A DNA stretch of 64,000 nt from Armatimonadota bacterium (GCA_963677485.1 OY781964.1:4896001-4960000); one strand, 5' to 3'; positions 39,448 to 49,232 are shown, counted from the first letter of the stretch. Notes: a model not told the origin generated them from the sequence alone. Translations and numbers: made by a program.

Positions 39448-40388
39448 GATAATAACTCCTTATACCAGCTCACCGCACGTTCAATCCCACACTCGAAACT
39501 AGACTTTGGTTCATACCCAAACGCATATTGAGCGGCACTCACGTCCGCATTGCTATGCCTGATATCGCCGGGTCGGTCAGAGCCATACTCCGGCGGCAAC
39601 TCAATGTGCAGCAACCGGCAAAGCGTGAAGTAAAGCTCATTCACCGTCACCTGCCCGCCGTAAGCGATGTTGTAGGCGCTGCCGCAAGCCGCCTCTGGTG
39701 CCTGCATGGCCTTCAGGTTGGCCTGGATCACATTATCGATGTAGGTGAAGTCGCGCGACTGCTCGCCATCGCCATGGATGGTGGGCGCCTGCTTGCTCAG
39801 CAGTGCCTTGACAAACCTGGGGATCACCGCAGCGTAGTAGCTATCCGGGTCCTGCCGTCGCCCAAACACATTAAAATAGCGTAAACCCACCGTGTGCAGA
39901 CCATACAGGTTATGGTACAGCCGACCGTATTCCTCATCCACCTTCTTGGTCAGCGCATAAGGCGAAAGAACCTGCCCCTCCTGGCCTTCCTTTTTGGGAA
40001 GCGTGGGGCTGTCACCGTATACTGAAGAGGAACTGGCATAAACAAATCGTTGCACACCCTGCCGTCTGGCGGCCTCCATCATGTTCAGCGTGCCACGGAT
40101 GTTCACCTCTTCGTATTCCAGCGGCATCTCGATGCTGCGCGGAACACTGCCCCACGCCGCCTGGTGGCTGACCGCTTGAACGCCTTCGCACGCCTGCAGG
40201 CAGGTGTCTAGGTCGCGGATATCACCTTCAATGAGCTTGAACTGCGGGTTGGAGAGTAGATGCTGGATGTTTTCCCGTTTGCCCGTGGTGAAGTTATCAA
40301 GGCAGACCACGGTATCGCCGCGCTCTATCAGCGCATCGCAGATGTTCGAGCCTATGAAACCAGCACCGCCACTAACTAAATATAACAT
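39444..40388 (-). CDS. wbpP: UDP-GlcNAc(A) 4-epimerase, WbpP/TviC-like SDR
   Basis: GGAGFIGS, HQAAWGSVPRS, ASSSSVYG, SPYALTK, LRYFNVFG and YAAVIP. ATG 40388 follows a GGGAGGA RBS. Confidence 0.88.
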   Translation of the reverse strand: MLYLVSGGAGFIGSNICDALIERGDTVVCLDNFTTGKRENIQHLLSNPQFKLIEGDIRDLDTCLQACEGVQAVSHQAAWGSVPRSIEMPLEYEEVNIRGTLNMMEAARRQGVQRFVYASSSSVYGDSPTLPKKEGQEGQVLSPYALTKKVDEEYGRLYHNLYGLHTVGLRYFNVFGRRQDPDSYYAAVIPRFVKALLSKQAPTIHGDGEQSRDFTYIDNVIQANLKAMQAPEAACGSAYNIAYGGQVTVNELYFTLCRLLHIELPPEYGSDRPGDIRHSNADVSAAQYAFGYEPKSSFECGIERAVSWYKELLS

Positions 40389-40395
40389 TTCCAGA

Positions 40396-41436
40396 CTATC
40401 TCCTCCCCGTGTCTCTAGATTGGACAAGATGCATTACATGCTGTCTTAGCTTCTTGCGGCTTGTCTCTTCTACATAGACATGAACAACACTGGCTAGCAG
40501 TATTGATATTGTGAAAGCAATGATGATTCCTGCTATCCTGCTTAAACCCAGCATGCTACAATATCGAATGACAATATAGCCAATGTTTTGATGTAATAAA
40601 TAGAGAGGATAGCTGATCGCTCCAAGCCATATGACGATTTTAGGAATTCGAATTTGAGCTTTCATCATAGATAATGCGGCAATGATACCGGCAGACAAGC
40701 CAATCACTACGACCTCAGATCCCTTAAATAAGGCAGAAGCAACCAATAAACATGCAAAGACAAGTGCAACATCGGACTTCCTCACCCTATTCTTCATAAG
40801 CTGATAGCACAATATCCCTAACACAAACAATGGCGTATAGTTTAATAAGAGGCCAACATGTAACATTTTTAGAAACACCAATCCCGATCTATCAATGAAC
40901 GTAATAACTGCTGACAAAACTAGCCATATCCAACACATGACGCGCCACCTTGTTTCCAGTTTTAACAACCATAAACCGTAAACAAGAACATAAAATATCA
41001 TCTCTACGCCCAAAGACCAATACGCTCCATCAACAGGCTTCACACCGAATGTCGGTCCAACAATCGTCATATTACCTAGGTATTGTGTGATCGAAGTTTC
41101 GCGTCCTGGTAAACCACAAATACTAACTAATAACCATGTGATTGTGCAACAAACCCAAAAGGTGGGATATAAACGTGTTAAGCGCCCGACAGGAAAATCC
41201 ATTACGGTTTTCGATCGTTCAACAGTCATAAAAATCACAAAACCACTAATGATGAAGAATACATGAACACCAAGATAACCATATTTCGTCCACGCATACG
41301 CTGTAGCATTCGGAAATATGTGGGTGTATCTCCAACAATAGTGATAGAGAAGAACACCAACAGCCGCTAGCCCCCGCATGGCGTCTAGGAATGTCAGTCT
41401 ATTTGATGGCGCATTGGCTGCTCCAATGGCGGACAT
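40396..41436 (-). CDS. Acyltransferase-3 family membrane O-acyltransferase
   Basis: LDAMRGLAA, GVHVFFIISGFVI, RLTRLYP, YWSLGVEMIFY and ISYPLYLLH. ATG overlaps the upstream stop (TGATG). Confidence 0.9.
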   Translation of the reverse strand: MSAIGAANAPSNRLTFLDAMRGLAAVGVLLYHYCWRYTHIFPNATAYAWTKYGYLGVHVFFIISGFVIFMTVERSKTVMDFPVGRLTRLYPTFWVCCTITWLLVSICGLPGRETSITQYLGNMTIVGPTFGVKPVDGAYWSLGVEMIFYVLVYGLWLLKLETRWRVMCWIWLVLSAVITFIDRSGLVFLKMLHVGLLLNYTPLFVLGILCYQLMKNRVRKSDVALVFACLLVASALFKGSEVVVIGLSAGIIAALSMMKAQIRIPKIVIWLGAISYPLYLLHQNIGYIVIRYCSMLGLSRIAGIIIAFTISILLASVVHVYVEETSRKKLRQHVMHLVQSRDTGRR

Positions 41437-42698
41437 CACAAGCTCCAGTAGTGCAGGTTTGCATTGTCGGCTAGCTCGCGACGAAGGCTTTTCACATCCA
41501 ATACCACCGCACCAGCCTTGCACATTCCAGCTATGTCTAGATCGATGTATGCCATGTGCGGAACCGCGATCACGAGGCCGTCAAGCTGTTGCATCTCGGG
41601 CAGGGTGGTCAGGCTAATCCCATACTCATGGTGCACATCGTCAGCATCTGCATGAGGGTCGTGCACCAATGGGGTGACGCCGTAGTCTTTCAACTCAGCA
41701 ATAATGTCAGGCACCCGGCTGTTGCGGATGTCCGGAACGTCCTCTTTGAAGGTCAAACCCAGTATGCCCACCTTGGCGGTGTTCGGGCACACGCCATTCT
41801 GCAACAGCAGTTTGATCATCTTCTGTGCGATGAAAGCGCCCATCCCATCGTTAATCCGGCGGCCGCTGATAATCACCTGCGGGTGGTAGCCCAGCTGTTC
41901 CGCTTTGGTGGTCAGGTAGTATGGGTCAACACCTATGCAGTGACCGCCCACAAGTCCTGGTGAGAACTTCAAGAAATTCCATTTCGTGCCCGATGCCTTC
42001 AATACATCGGTGGTGTTGATACCCATGCGGTCAAAAATCATCGCCAGCTCATTCATGAGGGCTATGTTGACATCGCGTTGGGTGTTTTCGATCACCTTAG
42101 CAGCTTCTGCCACCTTTATCGAAGGTGCACGGTGCACGCCGGCGGTCACAACAGAGCCATAAACATCGGCGACAGTGTTCAGTGTGGCTTCGTCTTCGCC
42201 AGACACAATCTTGGTGATCTTACGAATGGTATGCTCTTTATCGCCGGGGTTAATGCGTTCAGGGGAATAGCCAAGTTTGAACTGATCACGCCTCAAGCCA
42301 GAAACTCTGGCAAGCACCGGTCCGCAAATTTCTTCGGTCACGCCTGGATACACAGTGCTCTCATACACCACGATATCGCCTTCACAGAGCGTCTTCCCAA
42401 CTGTTTCCGATGCACAGATTAGTGGGCGCAGATCCGGCTGTTTGAACTCATCAATGGGGGTAGGAACCGCCACGACGTAGAAGTTGCAGCCACGAAGATC
42501 GTTCAGGTCACTGCTAAACTTGATGGAGCTTTTTCGAAGCTCATCAAGATTGGCTTCGCCAGTGCGGTCGTTGCCGGACGATAGCTCATTCACACGTGCC
42601 TGGTAAATATCAAATCCAACGGTGCCTTCATAATTCTCAGCAAAAGCTAACGCAAGCGGCAACCCCACATAACCCAATCCAATCACAGCGATCTTCAT
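41436..42698 (-). CDS. wbpO: UDP-N-acetylhexosamine 6-dehydrogenase, WbpO/TviB-like
   Basis: IGLGYVGLPLA, ESTVYPG, YSPERINPGD, KVIENTQRD, GGHCIGVDPYY and GLTFKE. Confidence 0.9.
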   Translation of the reverse strand: MKIAVIGLGYVGLPLALAFAENYEGTVGFDIYQARVNELSSGNDRTGEANLDELRKSSIKFSSDLNDLRGCNFYVVAVPTPIDEFKQPDLRPLICASETVGKTLCEGDIVVYESTVYPGVTEEICGPVLARVSGLRRDQFKLGYSPERINPGDKEHTIRKITKIVSGEDEATLNTVADVYGSVVTAGVHRAPSIKVAEAAKVIENTQRDVNIALMNELAMIFDRMGINTTDVLKASGTKWNFLKFSPGLVGGHCIGVDPYYLTTKAEQLGYHPQVIISGRRINDGMGAFIAQKMIKLLLQNGVCPNTAKVGILGLTFKEDVPDIRNSRVPDIIAELKDYGVTPLVHDPHADADDVHHEYGISLTTLPEMQQLDGLVIAVPHMAYIDLDIAGMCKAGAVVLDVKSLRRELADNANLHYWSL

Positions 42699-42770
42699 AC
42701 TTATCACTCCCTGCCTTTCGTTACCTCACAGCCACGGTTCTGTGCTCACACAAGCACGACCAACACAGTT

Positions 42771-42807
42771 ATAATACCATATGTATGGTCATGTGGTGGC
42801 ACCACAT
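42771..42807 (-). promoter_or_regulatory. Candidate promoter/operator of the polysaccharide operon
   Basis: Minus-strand extended -10 TGgTATTAT (42779-42771). Perfect 8-1-8 palindrome ATGTGGTG-G-CACCACAT (42791-42807) over the -35 position, and 6-2-6 palindrome ACCATA-TG-TATGGT (42776-42789). Confidence 0.45.
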
Positions 42808-42841
42808 AATCTTTTCACTCACGACTATATGCCCAGAATGC

Positions 42842-43102
42842 CTATGGTGAAATGTTGGCCGTTGCTTCCCTCACCTTCTCATTCGCCCTCCTAACTTGCT
42901 CCCCCTCTATTACAATCCGCCCCATCACCCTCGCGAACTCCTCCGCCAAACCCGTCGGCATACCTGCCCCCTGCTCGATGCGCCGAATTCGCTCATCGAG
43001 GTTCGCCAATAAATCCAGCACATGGTTACGGATCGCGCCATCTCGTTTTTCAGATGGCGACGGGATGAGCTCAATCATCCCGCCGTTACGCCTGGTTATC
43101 AA
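42842..43102 (-). CDS. Hypothetical helical protein at the end of the tail operon
   Basis: Start overlaps the stop of the upstream gene (TTGA); coiled-coil-like LLANLDERIRRIEQG. Confidence 0.6.
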   Translation of the reverse strand: MITRRNGGMIELIPSPSEKRDGAIRNHVLDLLANLDERIRRIEQGAGMPTGLAEEFARVMGRIVIEGEQVRRANEKVREATANISP

Positions 43103-46100
43103 CTGAGTGTCGCTCCTAAAGTATGGATGCGTGGGTAGATCAGGCTGCTACCAGACATCACCGCCTTATAGCGAATTGAGTTACCAGCCGGACTGGTGAA
43201 CACGCGCAGATACAGATACTCAGTCCATGTCTGATCGACCTCACGAGTGGAATCCAGCGTCATCTCTTCCCACGTCACTCCCCCATCATTGGATGCAAAC
43301 CAGATGATCAAACACCCGCTGGGTATGCTCATCTCCGCATAGACCTTGGTCGACTCGACGCCCTGGGTGAGTTCGTTTGCCCTGGAGACATAGGTGCCCT
43401 CGGCATTGTTCAAATAGCCTACCAGGTTCACATCCCCGAAATTGAGGGCAGGCGAGTCATTACCGGAGCTGCCGGTGAATTTCGCTCGTAGTAGCACCCG
43501 CGTGGCCACACTTGGTAGCCGCTCCTCCTCGGCAGGCACGACCGCATCCCAAGTTGCACCGTCATCAGACGAGTAATCCCAGCTCATCGATGTGCCCTGA
43601 GGAATCGCTGAGTATTCATCCACGTTCATCTCCGAAAACTGCACACCCGTAACTGGCTGGAACCGGACCTCTCCAGACGCATCAAACTCATATCCGTAGA
43701 TACGCATGGTAAGGTCAGAGCCGTTAAGCGGTGTCCAGGTCTCCGCGTTAGAGCTTTCGAGCAGCACACCAGCGGCATATGTCTGCCTGGTGATGACGCC
43801 GTTTCGTCCCATCTGACCGAGGCTGGCAATCCGCACGCGGTAGTTTGCAGAGTTAGTAAGCAGCACAACGGCGAAACTGCGGTTGGCAGGAACATAGAAT
43901 GGATCACCGAATGTGACCTTAGTCTGAGTATCCAGTGCAATCTCAGATGGCGAGATCACTTTCTCAGCCAGCACCGTCTCATTTGGCAGGCCTGTGGTCA
44001 CCCCACGTATCTGCACTGTCACAGGGGTCGACGCGTCTTTACGCGTGAAGAAGAGCCCAATCGAGGATATGATCCTGTTCACCGGGAAGCTAAACGTCTG
44101 GGCAAGCGGGTCACGCCGCACGAGAACGGGACGCTCTCTCCAGACGATGCGTTCTACCGGCACTCGTATAACGCGCGGATCCTGATATACGATCGTCTGC
44201 TGAGTGATCGTGTTTGTCACTTCATACCGCTCTATACGGGTGATCACCAGTGGGTCGTTCACCTGTAACATCGCCTGAGCGGAGTATGTGCCGTCGGTCA
44301 TCTCGACAATTCGGTTACCGCTACGAGCCGTCTCAGGAATGGTAAACGCCGTGCTCAATCGTCCGGCCTCATCGCAGTGCACATCGCTTACGACCACCTG
44401 GCCGTCACAGCGAACGGTTATGTTTGTAACAGAAGGAGTGAAGTTAGCACCTGTGACAGCCACCCCGGTCTGTCCCATACGGCCAATATTTGGGGTCACC
44501 TCTATCATCGCAGGCGGCTTATCAAACACCGCATATGGGTTGATGTTCTTCTCTTCAGACCAGTCAAGCTGCTCCACAAGAACCTGCTCGGTTGCCGGGA
44601 GCAGGGCCAGGCTGCCTGTGAAGAGTGCGTTACTGCTCACATGGTCGACCTGTAAGACGTGAGCTGAAGCCACTCGGTCAGGTGCAACAAACCTGCGAAG
44701 TCCGTCTATTCGTGCACTCCACTCGCTGTGAAACAGGTCCGACTGCGCCTCATTTGAAAAGTCATCGGAGTAGATGCCTTTTTTAGTCTGAGCATCCCTG
44801 TTCTGCAGGCTGCTATTCATCTGAGACAGTGCGTCGTTATACTTCAGGTTTTCTACGTCCTGCATCACCTGGTGGATCTGGGGCATTGTCACTCGGCTTA
44901 GTCCGTAGTTGCGGATCGCCATATCCACCGAGTTAGCTGGGCAGTCTACACTCGCAAGAGCCAGAGTGCCCTCCGGCACGACCGGGAGTTTCGGGAAATC
45001 CGAGGATGCACCCTCGATACGAAGAATCTCCCTAGCAGTGGCATAAATGATGTCTTTGCGGCCGAGGTAGTAGTCATAATCCACGCTGCAGTTGGAGCCA
45101 TCTACCGGTTCACCTCCGCCGTCATTTCTGCCGAAGTTAATGATGCTGGTGTTACCGGATGTGATCACAGGCGCGGGAGCGGTCAGCCCGCTTGTGTTTA
45201 CGGCAGGGGGGCTATTGTTGCTCGTTACGTCCACTCCGTCATCCACGAAGGTCGTCACGCCAGAACCCGGTTCCGCTATCCGCTTGAAGTCGGTCAACGC
45301 GGAATTTTGAACACCGCGGTATACCCGGTAGCCAGTGGCGCCAGAAACAGGCCTCCATGTGACCTGATTTATCTCTCCCGCACCAGTCTGACGTGACACC
45401 ACATTGCCACTGGCGTATTCGCTCTCACCCGCCGCAGACATAACGGTCACCAGATAGAAATACTCACCAGCAACTGTATATGCCGTTTGGCCAAACCATC
45501 CCCCGTCCACGTAGTCTACGCCTTTTACCATCTGCTTGACGTATGTCCAGCGCACGGTGTATGTGGTGCCTATCGCAGGTTCGCTACCAGTGCCCAGCCA
45601 GTCGACATGGTTTCCAGACTGCTGCCAGTCAGTGCCCTCCATGAAGATGGTGGCGCCTTGGCTGACTTCCAGTATGTCCACGACGGGGTTAGGTGCGAGC
45701 AGGTCATCCCCTCCCCCGACCGAGCCGCGTGTGACGTTTGCAGAGTTCTCGACGATCGCTTCAAGCTGTGTGGTCTCCTTTAGCGGAACACTACTTAGGG
45801 CATATCGGCGTTGGCCCGCGTTATATGTCTTCTGTTCACCGCGCACGGACTTTGTGGCCACAGACTTAGGCACTACGGTAGTAGACGGTAAATCCTTCTG
45901 CAGCCTGATCCCCTGCACGTAGGCTCTGCCGGCGTTTGTAATGACAGACACTCCTGCACCGTCACCTGCGCCTATGAAGCTGTCAAAGCCGCGCACCAAA
46001 TAACTACCCGCCTGGTCATATGTGCGTTCTGCCAGGTTCTGTAATAGCGAGTTAAGCCCCTCGGCCGCAGCGAAGTCTAGTTGATCTTCGGTAATCGACG

Positions 46101-46695
46101 AAACGGTAATTCTGCTGCCGGGCAGCGTGCCCAGAAAATTCTGCAAATATAGATTCGATTTCTCGAGCACCGTAGCACTCACTTCACCGCTCGCACGGTC
46201 GAACTTATAGATAGGTACAACTCGGCGTGCCGTGACGTTACTCGGCAGAGCTTCGGCAGAGGTATCACGCTCCCTCAGCACCAGCACCCACTTTTCGCGT
46301 TCTGCCGTCGGCTCACCCGTTGCGGGGTTAATCAGCACGGCGTCCTGGTTGTGCGCGAAGTTATACATCAGCAGTTCAACATATACGTAGTCCACACCAC
46401 TGGTTTTCGCAGGATCAAAACTCAGCGTGGCACCAGGCACCTGCTCTATGTGCCCGTCGATATATACAACGCCTACGGAAAGAGTCACGGCGTTACTGGC
46501 GTTACTGGCAACTTGGGGCACAAGACCACCGATAATTGCGCCCTCTTTGAACAGCAGATCGGAGAGTTTCTTCCGCTCGGAGATGCTGATGTCCTGGACC
46601 TCATTTAACTCCGATTCCAGTAGATCGCGGTCCTGATGATACCTTACCCGCTTGTAATTCTTCGCCGGGTCGAACGTGTTTCTAGATATGGACAT
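43099..46695 (-). CDS. Large baseplate/tail-fibre structural protein (DUF4815-like) with FN3/Ig-like inserts
   Basis: FDPAKNYKRVRY...ELNEVQ, LAERTYDQAGSY, GRAYVQG, YYLGRKD, DPLAQTF; FN3-like WRPVSGATGYRVYRG; GGAGG RBS. Confidence 0.78.
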   Translation of the reverse strand: MSISRNTFDPAKNYKRVRYHQDRDLLESELNEVQDISISERKKLSDLLFKEGAIIGGLVPQVASNASNAVTLSVGVVYIDGHIEQVPGATLSFDPAKTSGVDYVYVELLMYNFAHNQDAVLINPATGEPTAEREKWVLVLRERDTSAEALPSNVTARRVVPIYKFDRASGEVSATVLEKSNLYLQNFLGTLPGSRITVSSITEDQLDFAAAEGLNSLLQNLAERTYDQAGSYLVRGFDSFIGAGDGAGVSVITNAGRAYVQGIRLQKDLPSTTVVPKSVATKSVRGEQKTYNAGQRRYALSSVPLKETTQLEAIVENSANVTRGSVGGGDDLLAPNPVVDILEVSQGATIFMEGTDWQQSGNHVDWLGTGSEPAIGTTYTVRWTYVKQMVKGVDYVDGGWFGQTAYTVAGEYFYLVTVMSAAGESEYASGNVVSRQTGAGEINQVTWRPVSGATGYRVYRGVQNSALTDFKRIAEPGSGVTTFVDDGVDVTSNNSPPAVNTSGLTAPAPVITSGNTSIINFGRNDGGGEPVDGSNCSVDYDYYLGRKDIIYATAREILRIEGASSDFPKLPVVPEGTLALASVDCPANSVDMAIRNYGLSRVTMPQIHQVMQDVENLKYNDALSQMNSSLQNRDAQTKKGIYSDDFSNEAQSDLFHSEWSARIDGLRRFVAPDRVASAHVLQVDHVSSNALFTGSLALLPATEQVLVEQLDWSEEKNINPYAVFDKPPAMIEVTPNIGRMGQTGVAVTGANFTPSVTNITVRCDGQVVVSDVHCDEAGRLSTAFTIPETARSGNRIVEMTDGTYSAQAMLQVNDPLVITRIERYEVTNTITQQTIVYQDPRVIRVPVERIVWRERPVLVRRDPLAQTFSFPVNRIISSIGLFFTRKDASTPVTVQIRGVTTGLPNETVLAEKVISPSEIALDTQTKVTFGDPFYVPANRSFAVVLLTNSANYRVRIASLGQMGRNGVITRQTYAAGVLLESSNAETWTPLNGSDLTMRIYGYEFDASGEVRFQPVTGVQFSEMNVDEYSAIPQGTSMSWDYSSDDGATWDAVVPAEEERLPSVATRVLLRAKFTGSSGNDSPALNFGDVNLVGYLNNAEGTYVSRANELTQGVESTKVYAEMSIPSGCLIIWFASNDGGVTWEEMTLDSTREVDQTWTEYLYLRVFTSPAGNSIRYKAVMSGSSLIYPRIHTLGATLS

Positions 46696-46704
46696 GGTGC
46701 CTCC

Positions 46705-47238
46705 TTATATCTTTATGACTCCGACAAGCTCTACTCGCGTGTCGGAGGTCTTGTTGAAATCTGGGATGTTCTTCACTTCGTATAGATAACCAGGCGTCTG
46801 GACCTGGCCTGCCGGGTTAACAGCAGCGTCATATACGCCGTTTTCGGCGTAGTCGGACTGGTGCTCAGCCAAATACGTCACGCCGCCACCGAAGAATCCG
46901 TATTCCCTGATCGTAATTCCGTTCGCTTCAGCTTCGTCAAATCTAAAGAATAGGCCAAGTGTCTGCGTCGGTAGGCCTGTCTCCGAGTAGCGCACACCGC
47001 TGACTTCAAGCACCCCCTCCGGGTCTTCAGTTAGAAACGTACTCTTGTGGCACCGCTTCCGTGCGAGCTCATGAATAAGCGATGTTTGATCCACGCTTAC
47101 GTCAGGCGGATTGAGCGGATCGGTGAACGTGACATCTCCGTCCCCTACGGCGCAGTGCGTGATTCCATCAATGGGGTCGCCCTTTAGTAGCCTGGCCGAT
47201 AGTATTCGACCGCTTGTTGTGATAAGTCCCTGAGACAT
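46705..47238 (-). CDS. Tail-collar/fibre-attachment-like protein
   Basis: LITTSGR...ITHCAVGDG...EANGITIREYGFF...FNKT pattern typical of tail-fibre N-terminal collar domains. Confidence 0.6.
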   Translation of the reverse strand: MSQGLITTSGRILSARLLKGDPIDGITHCAVGDGDVTFTDPLNPPDVSVDQTSLIHELARKRCHKSTFLTEDPEGVLEVSGVRYSETGLPTQTLGLFFRFDEAEANGITIREYGFFGGGVTYLAEHQSDYAENGVYDAAVNPAGQVQTPGYLYEVKNIPDFNKTSDTRVELVGVIKI

Positions 47239-47266
47239 TGTTTTCTCCTTCTATTTCCATTTCTGC

Positions 47267-48121
47267 CTAAACCCGGATTGAATGCTCTTCGCATACCAGC
47301 AGGTGATAAACAGCCAGTGAGTAGTCGCTATCTGGTGCTTGGCGATGTATGACGTGAATTCCAGTATCCCCACTGGTTTCAAACATTCTGGTCACTCGCA
47401 ATCTCACATCGGTATTAGCTAGACCTGCGTCTGTGATATCAAGCAGCAGATCTGCGGTGATGGTGCGTGCGTTCCACACGGTGATCAGGGCGTATGTACC
47501 CGAATGAACCGAGCTTGATACTCTGGCACATACATCGGCGAAGCATTCAAAAGCACCACTTATGACAACCGCTGCGTCGCAGTGCTGGGTGAGTTGCCCG
47601 CTGATTCGCAGCGCAGAATCACTTGTGGCCAGATCGACATTTTCCAGTCCCGTTCTCGTGGCCTGAAGCAGCGTGTCAACATCCACTAGAAACGCGCTGG
47701 ATATGCAGGCGCTCATGTCACAGAAGAAGTCAACAAGGCTACTGACCGCTACCAAGCTGTCGCAGTCATAGCTAAGTTGTCCACTTACCTGCAAAGATAC
47801 GTCGGCATCAATCCCAAGTGGCCTGTTCACCTGCACCATCGCATCGTAATCTGACTGCACGGCTCCGGTGATAGCGACGCGTGAGTCCGCAAGCAACTCG
47901 CGTGTCCCCACAACGGTCACACCACTGTCCGTATCCACGCTCAGTGCCCGGACCACACTCAGCCTGACGTCCACAGAGATGCTGACTACTTGCGATGCCA
48001 CACCAGGGCCGAGAAGATCATAGATGATGCCCTTATTTCTGGTCCCAAGCATACGAGTGCGTGGCAGCACCTGCCCCGACCTGGTAACAACGGTCTGTTT
48101 TCGACCGCTATGAACTGCCAA
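47267..48121 (-). CDS. 14-residue-repeat beta-rich structural protein (putative fibre shaft)
   Basis: Tandem xD-xx-h-x-h-S/T-G units such as ADSRVAITGAVQSD, ADVSLQVSGQLSYD, SDSALRISGQLTQH and CDAAVVISGAFECF. Confidence 0.6.
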   Translation of the reverse strand: MAVHSGRKQTVVTRSGQVLPRTRMLGTRNKGIIYDLLGPGVASQVVSISVDVRLSVVRALSVDTDSGVTVVGTRELLADSRVAITGAVQSDYDAMVQVNRPLGIDADVSLQVSGQLSYDCDSLVAVSSLVDFFCDMSACISSAFLVDVDTLLQATRTGLENVDLATSDSALRISGQLTQHCDAAVVISGAFECFADVCARVSSSVHSGTYALITVWNARTITADLLLDITDAGLANTDVRLRVTRMFETSGDTGIHVIHRQAPDSDYSLAVYHLLVCEEHSIRV

Positions 48122-48239
48122 GTTTCACCTTGCCCTTGATCACCAGCCCTTTGCCGACAATTTGAAATATCTTATTGCGTGGAAGCACTGGTCCCTTTGG
48201 CGTGTCCACATCTTTAGATTTGCCAGCACGTATCGCCAT
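48108..48239 (-). CDS. 43-aa basic protein absent from the ORF track; paralog of the next gene's N-terminus
   Basis: GGAGTG RBS; MAIRAGKSKDVDTPKGPVLPRNKIFQIVGKGLVIKGKVKLGSS fills the gap between its neighbours. Confidence 0.7.
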   Translation of the reverse strand: MAIRAGKSKDVDTPKGPVLPRNKIFQIVGKGLVIKGKVKLGSS

Positions 48240-48242
48240 TTA

Positions 48243-49232
48243 TCACTCCCTAATCGCTGTCCAACCGCCACTCGTCAGGTTGAACATTTTATAGGTGATT
48301 GTGCCTAAATCTATCACGTCCTCCGAGTCACCTGCCGTGCTTCCTACAGAGAAGACCTCTATTAACTCGCCTCGAAGCTCTTCGTATCCGGTGGATGTGC
48401 AGGCCACAAGCCAGGGAAACATGGTAACAAGGCTGTATCTCATGTCCGGATCACAAGCGCCGGCCAGTGCACCACTGGCAGCTCCGCATGTCATTGTTTG
48501 TCCTGTAGCCGATGGGTAGCCGTTCCATCTGTTGATAGCAATGCAAGCACCGGGCATTGTGTTCCTACCGATGATGACCGGTTGTGGGTCTTCTCCAATC
48601 TTGGCACCTGAGGCGTAACCAGCCACAAGTGTCGCAAGGGTCACACTGTTTGGCGTAGAGCTGGTATCACGCGAGGTCACAAGCACCCGTTCAATGTTGG
48701 CATCATCCTTAATGATGTAGCTCTTATTTACAGTCAGAATCGACGCATCCCCCACTGGCACGACAACACCGCTTCCGGCGGTCACCGCACTTTGCGACAC
48801 TGCTGTCTGTGCCGACCAGAAGCGGGTGATGACCCCGCTGTAGTGTCCGTAGTAGACCGTCACGATCTTTGTCACTACGAAAACATGGTCTTTATCGCCG
48901 TATAACCAGTAGAGGAACTGCGCGGCATCTTTCGTAGAGATTAAAGTGGCACCGGTTGAAAAGGCCACCTTAACTCCTACGTGAGTGGTTGCATTCCAGT
49001 AGAGGTAGCCTTTCACCGTTATGCAGTCTAGATTAACTGTGTCGTTGATAAACTGGATATAGATGTCCTCATTACCCGATTCACCGGTGGACTTGAGCAC
49101 ATAATACGGCTCTGCAGCCCCTGACCCGTCATCATGGAGAGACCAGCCGCAGGTTGTCACCAGGAAATCCTTCAGCTTCACTAGTAGATCAGCTGTATTC
49201 GTAGCGGTGCCTGACGTAGAATGATATGCCAT
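48243..49232 (-). CDS. Virion structural protein (tail-associated)
   Basis: N-terminus MAYHSTSGTATNTADLLVKLKDFL..GW resembles phage tail proteins; Thr/Gly/Ser beta-rich; AGGAG RBS. Confidence 0.6.
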   Translation of the reverse strand: MAYHSTSGTATNTADLLVKLKDFLVTTCGWSLHDDGSGAAEPYYVLKSTGESGNEDIYIQFINDTVNLDCITVKGYLYWNATTHVGVKVAFSTGATLISTKDAAQFLYWLYGDKDHVFVVTKIVTVYYGHYSGVITRFWSAQTAVSQSAVTAGSGVVVPVGDASILTVNKSYIIKDDANIERVLVTSRDTSSTPNSVTLATLVAGYASGAKIGEDPQPVIIGRNTMPGACIAINRWNGYPSATGQTMTCGAASGALAGACDPDMRYSLVTMFPWLVACTSTGYEELRGELIEVFSVGSTAGDSEDVIDLGTITYKMFNLTSGGWTAIRE

